This document shows, in pieces, positions 1 to 7,704 of a stretch of DNA of 64,000 bases. The first letter of the stretch is position 1, and each line of letters starts with the position of its first letter. Source of the DNA: Tagaea sp. (lineage in GTDB: Bacteria > Pseudomonadota > Alphaproteobacteria > CACIAM-22H2); the NCBI GenBank assembly GCA_965279525.1, contig CBDIIB010000005.1, forward strand, positions 1,056,001 through 1,120,000, in the 5' to 3' direction. The notes beneath the pieces are model-generated. The model was not told where the DNA came from. It searched no databases and saw only the letters and a program-made list of their open reading frames with translations. The position numbers and the translations under genes are program-made.

Positions 1-1
1 G

Positions 2-400
2 ATGAACGCGATGTGCGCGGCCGAGGGCGTGGGGCTCATCCCCTATTCGCCGCTGGCGCGCGGTTTCCTTGCCGGCAACCGGGTGCGTGGCGGCGGCGGC
101 GAGACCGAGCGTTCGAAGAACGACGCGGGTGCGAAGCCCGACGCGTGGCGCGACTGCGACTGGAAGATCGTCGACGAGCTCAAGGCCATCGCCGCTTCGC
201 GCGGCGTCAAGCCCACGCAGGTCGCCTTCCTGTGGCTGTGGTCGAAATCCTATATGGCGGCCCCGATCATGGGGGCGACGAAGCTCGACCAGCTCGACGA
301 GGCGGCGGCGGCGGCCGACATGCCGGCCCTGACCGCGGAGGAAGTTTCGCGGCTCGAAGCGCCCTACCAGTGGCGCCCACATCCGGGCTGGAACAGCTGA
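2..400 (+). CDS. Aldo/keto reductase, C-terminal part (gene runs off the window start)
   Basis: Motifs PYSPLARGFL, VAFLWL, PIMGATK..QL are typical of the AKR C-terminal half; TGA stop at 398-400. Confidence 0.9.
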   Translation: MNAMCAAEGVGLIPYSPLARGFLAGNRVRGGGGETERSKNDAGAKPDAWRDCDWKIVDELKAIAASRGVKPTQVAFLWLWSKSYMAAPIMGATKLDQLDEAAAAADMPALTAEEVSRLEAPYQWRPHPGWNS

Positions 401-420
401 CGCGTCCTGCGGATTCGTCG
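359..420 (+). repeat. Direct repeat copy A (3' end of AKR gene plus 20 nt downstream)
   Basis: Aligns ungapped to 1144-1205 (offset 785) at 53/62 nt by hand count, with an exact 33-nt core TGGCGCCCACATCCGGGCTGGAACAGCTGACGC (371-403 = 1156-1188). Confidence 0.95.
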
Positions 421-422
421 AG

Positions 423-1142
423 ATGGCAGCAATCACGCTCTATTCCGGTCCCTTGAGCATGTTCGGCGCGAAGGTGCAGATCGCCGCGCTGGAGAAGGGC
501 CTCGCCGTCGATCTGGTGATGGTGCCCTTCGAGATGACGCGGCTGTACGAGCCCAAGCATCCGGATGTGCTGCGCATCAATCCGAAACGCCAGGTGCCGG
601 TGTTGATCCACGGCGCGCTGGAATTGTACGACTCGACGCAGATCTTCGAATATCTGGAAGACCTGACGCCCGACCCGCCGCTCTGGCCGCGCGAGATTGC
701 TGCCCGCGCCCGCGCCCGCCTGCTGGAGCATGAATCCGACGAAGTGTATTTCCCGCCGATCGTCCGCCTGATGGGCCTGCAGCAGACGCCCGACGATCCC
801 GCCGCCATCGCCGCCCGCGCGGCGGTGGCGACCTTCTACGCGAAACTGGAAGCGGCGCTGGCCGACGGCCGCGACTGGCTGGCCGGCGAGACCTACAGCT
901 TCGCCGACATCGCGTTTTTCATGGCGCAGATTTTCGGCGCCCGCATGGGCGCGCCGATGGCCGAAACAGGTGCCGAGCAGACGCCGCGCCTGCTGGCCTG
1001 GCGCGCACGCATGATGCGGCGCGAGGCCGTGCGGCAGGTGGCCGGTGCGATGGCGCGCTGGCTGCGCGGCATCGGCCGGACGCTGCCGCCGTTCATGGAC
1101 GAACTGGCGGCAACCGGGCGCGGGGTCGGGGACCGGCGCTGA
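423..1142 (+). CDS. Glutathione S-transferase family protein
   Basis: N-terminal LYSGPLSMFGAKV, INPKRQVPVL, LYDSTQIFEYLED; C-terminal WLAGETYSFADIA. Confidence 0.92.
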   Translation: MAAITLYSGPLSMFGAKVQIAALEKGLAVDLVMVPFEMTRLYEPKHPDVLRINPKRQVPVLIHGALELYDSTQIFEYLEDLTPDPPLWPREIAARARARLLEHESDEVYFPPIVRLMGLQQTPDDPAAIAARAAVATFYAKLEAALADGRDWLAGETYSFADIAFFMAQIFGARMGAPMAETGAEQTPRLLAWRARMMRREAVRQVAGAMARWLRGIGRTLPPFMDELAATGRGVGDRR

Positions 1143-1143
1143 C

Positions 1144-1205
1144 GCACCCGACCGTTGGCGCCCACATCCGGGCTGGAACAGCTGACGCTTCTCGCGGTAT
1201 CGTCG
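1144..1205 (+). repeat. Direct repeat copy B: orphan copy of the AKR 3' end (reads APDRWRPHPGWNS*)
   Basis: Matches 359-420; begins 1 nt after the GST stop codon. Confidence 0.95.
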
Positions 1206-1235
1206 CCGCCAAGATTCCGTTCTGGGGAGGAACGC

Positions 1236-2804
1236 ATGTTCGCACGCATCATCGCAACGGCGGCAATCGCCGCCGTGGCCTTCGTTTCCGTTTCGGCGGC
1301 ACAAGAACAGCCGCGCCGCGGGGGCGAATTCATCTTCGCGGTCGGCGGCGAGCCGGACACGACCGACTGCCATGCGGCGACGAACTTCGCGGTCGTCCAC
1401 CACCTGGCGCCGCACTATTCGACGCTGGTGAAATTCAACCCGCCGAAATATCCCGAGATCGTCGGCGACGTGGCCAAGGAATGGACCGTCTCGCCCGACG
1501 GCAAGACCTATACGTTCAAGCTCGTCCAGCCGATCAAGTTCCATGACGGCTCGGCGCTGACCTCGGCCGACGTCAAGGCGAGCTTCGATCGCATCAAGAC
1601 GCCGGTCACCGGTGCGCGCTCGGCGCGGCGCGACCATTTCGCCGACGTGGCTTCGGTCGAAGCCCCGGCACCCGACACGGTGGTGTTCAGGCTCAACAAT
1701 CCGAACCCGGCGTTCATGACCTACCTCGCCGCGCCCTTCAACTGCATCTACTCGGCAGCGAAGCTGGCGCAGGACCCGCGCTATCCCGAGAAGCAGGTGA
1801 TGGGCTCGGGCCCGTTCGTGTTCGGCGAGCGCGTTCCCGGCTCGCACTGGGCCGGCAAGCGCTTCGACGGCTATTTCCGTGCCGGATTGCCGCATCTCGA
1901 TGGCTTCCGCGCCACGACGATGAGCGGTGCGGCCATGCTCAACGCCGTGCAGGGCGGCCAGGTGATGGCCGAGTTCCGCGGCATCAGCCCGGCCGAGAAG
2001 GCGCGCGTCGCCGGCCCCAAGGTGACCTTCCAGGAAGCGCCGTGGCTGTCGGGCCTGATCCTGTCGTTCAACATCGAGCAGAAGCCGTTCGACGACGTGC
2101 GCGTGCGCCGGGCGCTGAGCCTCGCGCTCGACCGGTTCGGCTCGGCCCCGTCGCTGGCACGCGTGTCGCAGGTGATGTCGACCGGCTCGCTGCTGCGCCC
2201 GGGCTATGCCTATGCGCCGACCGAAGCCGAGCTGGCGACATATCCCGGCATGGGCCGCGACATGGCGCGCAACCGGGCCGAGGCGCGCAAGCTGCTTGCC
2301 GAGGCGGGCCAGTCGAACCTCAAATTCGAGATGATCTCGATGTCGCTGCCGCCCTTCCCGACCGTCGGCGTGTGGCTGATCGACCAATGGCGCCAGATCG
2401 GCGTGACTGTCGAGCAGCGCCAGGCCGAGCGTGCCACCTATTTCGGCGCGCGCACGTCGGGGGCGTTCCAGGTGATGCTCGATTTCACGACCGAGTTCGC
2501 CGACGAGCCGAACTTCCAGCTGCGCCGCTTCATCTCGTTCGACCGCGTGCCGGGATTCAACGTCAGCCGCCATCTCGACCGGCGCCTCGACGAGATCTTC
2601 GACCGGCAGGAGCGCGAGACCGACTTCAACAAGCGCAAGGCGCTGGTGCGCGACTTCCAGATCCAGCTGATGGACATGGCCTACACGGTGCCGCTGTTCT
2701 GGTTCACGCGCATCATCCCGCTCGCGTCCAACGTGCGCGGCTGGGACATCACGCCCTCGCACCTGCTCGGCCAGGACCTCGCGGGCGTGTGGCTGGCGCC
2801 CTGA
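1236..2804 (+). CDS. ABC transporter substrate-binding protein, family 5 (DppA/OppA-like)
   Basis: Signal peptide MFARIIATAAIAAVAF; WTVSPDGKTYTFKL, KFHDGS, GSGPF, PFDDVRVRRAL; GGAGG RBS upstream of ATG 1236. No permease or ATPase genes adjacent. Confidence 0.92.
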   Translation: MFARIIATAAIAAVAFVSVSAAQEQPRRGGEFIFAVGGEPDTTDCHAATNFAVVHHLAPHYSTLVKFNPPKYPEIVGDVAKEWTVSPDGKTYTFKLVQPIKFHDGSALTSADVKASFDRIKTPVTGARSARRDHFADVASVEAPAPDTVVFRLNNPNPAFMTYLAAPFNCIYSAAKLAQDPRYPEKQVMGSGPFVFGERVPGSHWAGKRFDGYFRAGLPHLDGFRATTMSGAAMLNAVQGGQVMAEFRGISPAEKARVAGPKVTFQEAPWLSGLILSFNIEQKPFDDVRVRRALSLALDRFGSAPSLARVSQVMSTGSLLRPGYAYAPTEAELATYPGMGRDMARNRAEARKLLAEAGQSNLKFEMISMSLPPFPTVGVWLIDQWRQIGVTVEQRQAERATYFGARTSGAFQVMLDFTTEFADEPNFQLRRFISFDRVPGFNVSRHLDRRLDEIFDRQERETDFNKRKALVRDFQIQLMDMAYTVPLFWFTRIIPLASNVRGWDITPSHLLGQDLAGVWLAP

Positions 2805-2806
2805 CG

Positions 2807-2851
2807 CCTCACCCTAGCCCTCTCCCCTTGCGGGAGAGGGCTAGGGTGAGG
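2807..2851. repeat. Perfect 20-bp inverted repeat (REP-like intergenic palindrome / possible bidirectional terminator)
   Basis: CCTCACCCTAGCCCTCTCCC-CTTGC-GGGAGAGGGCTAGGGTGAGG between convergent genes. Confidence 0.9.
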
Positions 2852-2882
2852 GGATCGCCATCTTCGATCCCGCCACGGTCGG
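2841..2882 (-). pseudogene. Displaced 3' fragment of the enolase-superfamily gene (PTVAGSKMAIPSP*)
   Basis: Minus-strand codons 2882-2853 give PTVAGSKMAI versus LTVAGSVAAI at 5453-5424: 7/10 aa and 20/30 nt identical, with five synonymous third-position differences. Confidence 0.65.
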
Positions 2883-2889
2883 CCCCTAT

Positions 2890-5298
2890 TCAGTCGAGGC
2901 GAATCATTTCCACTGCTTTCCCCAGACGTTCAGCCGTTTTGTCAAGGTTGGCTAGAATGCCACCGACGTCTTTTGAGGCTTCAAGATAAATTGTTTTGTT
3001 CACGTACTTGGTTCCAGGTCCAATTGCCCACCCATCATTTTCAAGTATCCCCACCGCGGATGCCAGTCGATCTGGCCACGTTTTCTCGACTTTTGACCAA
3101 TCTGCCTCGGGATTTAATTGATTGTGGAACGTCAGAAGTACCGAGTTACTTTTTATGCTCCCCTTCAGAGCACAGAGCCGCCCCGGTCTTCCAATACGAG
3201 TGAAAGTTGCACCATCGTCGCTTGATAGATAGCTATTGTCGAATGCACGAGCAAATAGCTCTTCGGCGCAAATATCCGGGGTTATTGAAGTGAGCTTTCC
3301 TCCCAATGCGCGGTCGATTTGCGAGAGGATTGCCCCAAAAGTCCGGACAGTTATTCTAAGCTGTGATTCTGGATTGGTAGAGCTTCGAATCAACCAACGA
3401 AGACGCGCAGCTGCAGATTTCCATTTGACCTTTGGATCTTGCCTGACACCGCTAGAAATCAAACCCAACCAATCTAAAGACTTGCTTCCGCCACTTGGCG
3501 GGGGCTTACCAGTCGCGCAAAAGTACGCCGTCATTCCAATTCCATATGAGTCAACAAGTGCTGATCTTGCTGCTTCTGCGTTTCCATCAGGAAGCTGCTC
3601 GGGTGCGTAATATGCCGCCTCGTCAGTACTACCGGAAATGCTCTCGCCTTGGGCATTCGAATGCCAAGACATGTCATAGTTCAATAACGTAACACTATGC
3701 CGGGAACCTCCTTCGAATGCTTCACATGCTTCTTCATCCCAATAAAATCTGGGAACCATAATGTTTGAAGGTCTCACATCTCTATGCAACACGCTTTCAG
3801 GCAGCGCGTGGGAGTTCTCAATATGATCGCATACGTTGCAGAGAACTTTTATGCCGTCGAGCCAAAAGTCAAATTTACTATCCAGCGCGATTTGCGCCAA
3901 ATTGGCTCCGTCGACAAACTTCATAATCATGCATGATGGAATCTCAACTGCATCCACTATTTCCGCCGTACCGGGGACTTTAGCTTTTGTTAGATAACGT
4001 AGAGATTGTACACCCCGCCGGAAGCTCTCAAGTTGAGGGCCTTTTTCCAAATTCTCGATCTTAATGATCTTTAGTGCGTAGTCATTGCTCTCCGAATCCG
4101 AGATTCGCCAGATTGAAGAGAAGGGGTTGCTGGATATCTTTTCCCTAACCACATATCCAAGAAATACGTTCGATGGAGCCTCTGTTGTGACATGCCAAGA
4201 CATATAAACCGCTCTAGAGTACTTCTTTAGAAATTCTTTATACTCGGCTGAATCAGTATTTCCAGAATTGCGGGCCAATATATCTCTGGCGTATCCCGCA
4301 AGTTCACCTCGAAGTTGGTCGTCATTGTCTAGTTCAATAAGTTCTTTCGGCGTGCGGATCTTTGTGCTTCTAGCGACGGACCCTACAACTGCTGGCGCGG
4401 CAGAATCGCGAGATACAAAGTTTTTGAGACTTTCGAGAATCTCAACTATTGCCGTAGTGTGATCAATTGTGTCGTCTGAAGCTCTGGTTGGCTGATAATT
4501 TATAACCTGAAGCTGTGTTTTTGCCGCCCATTTAGCGGTAGTCCCATCATTCCTGCTCGTAATCCAAAAATGTTGGTCGAGATCAACATGACTTCTTGTC
4601 ATTTCCTCAAGGAAGCCACCAACCGCTAAGTCGTCGGCTGAAATCCCGAGAAAAACAATGGTCAAATCTTTGAGAATGTAGTCGATAAATTGCCGGTACT
4701 GGCTATTTGAAAGGAGATGACTCAAATCACCTTTAGTAAACACCCATGAGTCAGCGTTTTCATGAACGCCATGGAGATTTGCGATGAACGGCTTTCTCTG
4801 AGAAACCCGATGAATATACGGACCCGCATCTTTACCGGAAAACTCCATCGAATCTTCGTGCGAACGAATAAGGCGATGGGAACGACGGGCCATTCCATCG
4901 ATATTCAAAGTCAGAACACTCTTAACGCCGTCAAGCTTCCAAAGCTCTTCATACACTCTAGGTGGATCAACACGTTCGGCCTTCTCAAACACCTCTCGAA
5001 TCGCCGATCGATATTTTGCAGCCCCGAGAACATCCCGCAATGTCTCGAAGGAATCCCAAAGAGACGCATCCGATCCAAGACGCTCTAATCTGTCTTCAAT
5101 CTCATCTACTTTTGACGCTTCAGCAGTCAACAATTCTTGCTTAGCTTCATCGGCTAAAATGTCACGAAGTTCTGACCATGAAGGCAAGCCTGCTGGCTGG
5201 CTAATCCCCGCGCCAATCCAAAACGCAATATCCTTTGTCCGCTCTGCGTACCTGCGGCCCAAACGAAGAAAGCTACCTTGATTTGGATTGAAAAGCAT
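2890..5298 (-). CDS. SIR2-like domain fused to a Ser/Thr protein kinase-like domain (802 aa); putative anti-phage defence protein
   Basis: SIR2-type motifs FWIGAGISQPAGLPSW, TLNID, NLHG, IVFLGISADD; kinase motifs YALK, HRDVRPSNI, YYAPEQ, DSYGIG; markedly AT-rich relative to flanks. Confidence 0.85.
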   Translation of the reverse strand: MLFNPNQGSFLRLGRRYAERTKDIAFWIGAGISQPAGLPSWSELRDILADEAKQELLTAEASKVDEIEDRLERLGSDASLWDSFETLRDVLGAAKYRSAIREVFEKAERVDPPRVYEELWKLDGVKSVLTLNIDGMARRSHRLIRSHEDSMEFSGKDAGPYIHRVSQRKPFIANLHGVHENADSWVFTKGDLSHLLSNSQYRQFIDYILKDLTIVFLGISADDLAVGGFLEEMTRSHVDLDQHFWITSRNDGTTAKWAAKTQLQVINYQPTRASDDTIDHTTAIVEILESLKNFVSRDSAAPAVVGSVARSTKIRTPKELIELDNDDQLRGELAGYARDILARNSGNTDSAEYKEFLKKYSRAVYMSWHVTTEAPSNVFLGYVVREKISSNPFSSIWRISDSESNDYALKIIKIENLEKGPQLESFRRGVQSLRYLTKAKVPGTAEIVDAVEIPSCMIMKFVDGANLAQIALDSKFDFWLDGIKVLCNVCDHIENSHALPESVLHRDVRPSNIMVPRFYWDEEACEAFEGGSRHSVTLLNYDMSWHSNAQGESISGSTDEAAYYAPEQLPDGNAEAARSALVDSYGIGMTAYFCATGKPPPSGGSKSLDWLGLISSGVRQDPKVKWKSAAARLRWLIRSSTNPESQLRITVRTFGAILSQIDRALGGKLTSITPDICAEELFARAFDNSYLSSDDGATFTRIGRPGRLCALKGSIKSNSVLLTFHNQLNPEADWSKVEKTWPDRLASAVGILENDGWAIGPGTKYVNKTIYLEASKDVGGILANLDKTAERLGKAVEMIRLD

Positions 5299-5344
5299 TC
5301 CAGCACCCTTGAGATTTAATATTTTCTGGTTGTGTATTTTTTCA

Positions 5345-5380
5345 ATTATAATTTAGTATGCATATCTCGCCGAATGTCAA
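5345..5380 (-). promoter_or_regulatory. Putative sigma70-type promoter region of the SIR2-kinase gene
   Basis: Minus strand has TTGACA (5380-5375), then TACTAA at a 16-nt spacer, TAAATT at 19 nt and TATAAT at 24 nt, in an AT-rich leader; the exact pairing is ambiguous. Confidence 0.45.
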
Positions 5381-5417
5381 ATATTGGTCGACGATTCAAT
5401 TTGGACTTGTGCGGGCA

Positions 5418-6527
5418 CTACTCAATTGCCGCCACCGAACCCGCGACCGTCAGCTTCTCGACCGACGGCCAGTCCCATTCGATGCCGAGGCCCGGCGTGG
5501 TCGCCGGTGCCACGTGGCCGTCGGCGACGTGCACGGGGCTGGGGGCGACGGCGTCGAGCTGCGGGATGTATTCGAGCCAGGCCGAGTTGGGCACGGCGCA
5601 CACGAGTGCGAGGTGCAGCTCCATCAGGAAGTGCGGGGCGACGGCCACGTTGCAGCACTCGGCCATGTGCGCGACCTTCAGCCACGGCGTGATGCCGCCG
5701 ATGCGCGCCACGTCCACCTGAACGATGCCGCAGGCGTTGCGCTTCAGGTAGTCCGCGAACTGGCCGGGCGAATAGAGCGACTCGCCCACCGCGATCGGGA
5801 TCTGCGTGCCGGCCTGCAGGCGCACGTGGCCGTCCACGTCGTCGGCGGGCAGCGGCTCCTCGAACCAGTCGAGATCGAGATCGGCCCACAGCAGGGCGCG
5901 GCGCAGCGCTTCGGCCGCCGTGAAGCGCTGGTTGGCATCGACCATCAGGCAGAAGCCGGGCCCCACGGCCGCGCGCACGGCCGCAAGGCGCCTGCGGTCT
6001 TCGGCACCCGAAGGCTTGCCGACCTTGAGCTTGGCGCCCGCGAAGCCCTGTTCGCGCGCCTTCAGCGTCTCGTCGACGAGCTGTTCGGGGGGATGGTGCA
6101 GCCAGCCACCCTCGGTCGTGTAGACCGGGATGCGCGTCTTGGCCCCGCCGGCGGCCAAGTGCAGCGGCAGCTTCGCGCGCCGGCAGCGCAGGTCCCACAA
6201 GGCCGTGTCGATCGCCGCCATCGCCAGCGACGTGATGGCGCCCACCGTGGTCGCGTGCGTGTGGAAGAGCATGCCGTTCCAGATGCCCTCGATGGCGTCC
6301 GCGTCCTTGCCCAGCAGATACGGCCCCAGACAGTCGCGCAGCATCGCCATCACGGCCGAGCCGCCCGTGCCGATCGTGTAGCTGTAGCCCGTGCCCACGG
6401 CGCCGTCGGCGTCCCAGATCCGCACCATCGGCGTTTCCTGGCGCACGAAGGATTGGATGGCGTCTGTCCTTACGACCGGAGGTACGAGGTCGACCTGGCG
6501 GATTTCGATCCGGACGATGCGCGACAT
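5418..6527 (-). CDS. Mandelate racemase/muconate lactonizing enzyme family (enolase superfamily), likely sugar-acid dehydratase
   Basis: AAIDTALWDL, KLKVG, MVDANQ, WFEEP, GESLY, DVARIGGIT, PGLGI. Confidence 0.92.
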   Translation of the reverse strand: MSRIVRIEIRQVDLVPPVVRTDAIQSFVRQETPMVRIWDADGAVGTGYSYTIGTGGSAVMAMLRDCLGPYLLGKDADAIEGIWNGMLFHTHATTVGAITSLAMAAIDTALWDLRCRRAKLPLHLAAGGAKTRIPVYTTEGGWLHHPPEQLVDETLKAREQGFAGAKLKVGKPSGAEDRRRLAAVRAAVGPGFCLMVDANQRFTAAEALRRALLWADLDLDWFEEPLPADDVDGHVRLQAGTQIPIAVGESLYSPGQFADYLKRNACGIVQVDVARIGGITPWLKVAHMAECCNVAVAPHFLMELHLALVCAVPNSAWLEYIPQLDAVAPSPVHVADGHVAPATTPGLGIEWDWPSVEKLTVAGSVAAIE

Positions 6528-6639
6528 TTAGGCAGTTCCCCCGCTTTTTGAGCCCATGACAAGGGCGGTTCCGGTCGCTAGGATACCCCGGTATTCGCGA
6601 CGGGAAAATCCGCGCGACACGCATGAGGGAGGAATTCGC

Positions 6640-7638
6640 ATGCACACCAAACACGCGCGCGTGGCCGCACTGGCCGTCGGACTGGCCGTCGCCTGGGGGA
6701 TCGGTGCAGCCGATGCCCAGCAGCGCCTCAAGTTCGCCCATGTCTACGAGACCAACGAGCCCTATCACACCGAAGCGGTGTGGGCCGCACAGGAAATCCA
6801 GAAGCGCACGAACAACAAGTTCGCCATCGACGTGCATCCGGCGTCGGCACTCGGCAACGAGCAGCAGATCAACCAGGCGCTGCCGCTGGGCACGATCGAC
6901 ATGATCTATACCGGGGCCGCCTTCGCGGGCGCTTCGCATCCGCCCATCGCGATCTCGAACGCGCCCTACATGTTCCGCGACTTCAACCACTGGAAGGCGT
7001 ACTCGACCTCGGACCTGTTCAAGGAACTGGCCGACGGCTACGACCAGAAGACCAAGAACAAGGTCGTGGCGCTGACCTACTACGGGGCCCGCCACACGAC
7101 GGCCAACAAGGCGATCAACACGCCGGCCGACATGCGCGGCATGAAGCTGCGCGTTCCCCAGGCGCCGCTCTACCTGATGTACGCCAAGGCGGTGGGTGCG
7201 AACGCCACGCCGATCGCGTTCGCGGAAGTGTATCTGGCCCTCCAGAACAAGACCGTCGACGCGCAGGAGAACCCGCTGCCGACGATCCAGGCCAAGAAGT
7301 TCTACGAGGTGCAGACGCACATCAACCTCACCTCGCACATCTTCGAAAGCCTCGTGACCGTCATCGGCCCGACGCTGTGGAACCGCCTCAGTGCCGCCGA
7401 GAAGGAAACGTTCACGGCCGTGTTCCGCGAGGCCGCCGGCCGCGCCACCGACGCGATCCGTACGTCCGAACAGCAGCTTCCCGAGTGGTTCAAGGCGCAG
7501 GGCAAGACGGTCGTCACGCCCAACACGGCCGCCTTCATCCAGGCGGCGCAGCCGCTGCACAACGACGCCGCGGCCGGTGCGGGCTGGACCAAGGCCCACT
7601 ACGACCGCCTGCAGGCTCTGGGCAAGAGCGGCAGCTGA
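6640..7638 (+). CDS. dctP: TRAP transporter substrate-binding protein
   Basis: Signal peptide; GMKLRVP, FAEVYLALQNKTVDAQENP; GGAGGA RBS before ATG 6640. Confidence 0.93.
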   Translation: MHTKHARVAALAVGLAVAWGIGAADAQQRLKFAHVYETNEPYHTEAVWAAQEIQKRTNNKFAIDVHPASALGNEQQINQALPLGTIDMIYTGAAFAGASHPPIAISNAPYMFRDFNHWKAYSTSDLFKELADGYDQKTKNKVVALTYYGARHTTANKAINTPADMRGMKLRVPQAPLYLMYAKAVGANATPIAFAEVYLALQNKTVDAQENPLPTIQAKKFYEVQTHINLTSHIFESLVTVIGPTLWNRLSAAEKETFTAVFREAAGRATDAIRTSEQQLPEWFKAQGKTVVTPNTAAFIQAAQPLHNDAAAGAGWTKAHYDRLQALGKSGS

Positions 7639-7644
7639 CGACCC

Positions 7645-7689
7645 GGCGGGCGGCACCCCCAAGGGGATGCCGCCCGCCCTTCTTTCCGC
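7645..7689 (+). terminator. Stem-loop between dctP and dctQ (attenuator or mRNA stabiliser)
   Basis: GGCGGGCGGCACCCC-CAA-GGGGATGCCGCCCGCC followed by CTTCTTT. Confidence 0.55.
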
Positions 7690-7704
7690 GACAAGGTGAA
7701 ATCC

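Noticed and set aside
1155-1235. Extended N-terminus of the SBP predicted by the ORF track
   Set aside because: It runs through the duplicated AKR end; the RBS and signal peptide support ATG 1236.
2973-5144. Short plus-strand ORFs inside the AT-rich gene as possible partner or antitoxin genes
   Set aside because: All are antisense to the intact 802-aa ORF with no recognisable motifs.
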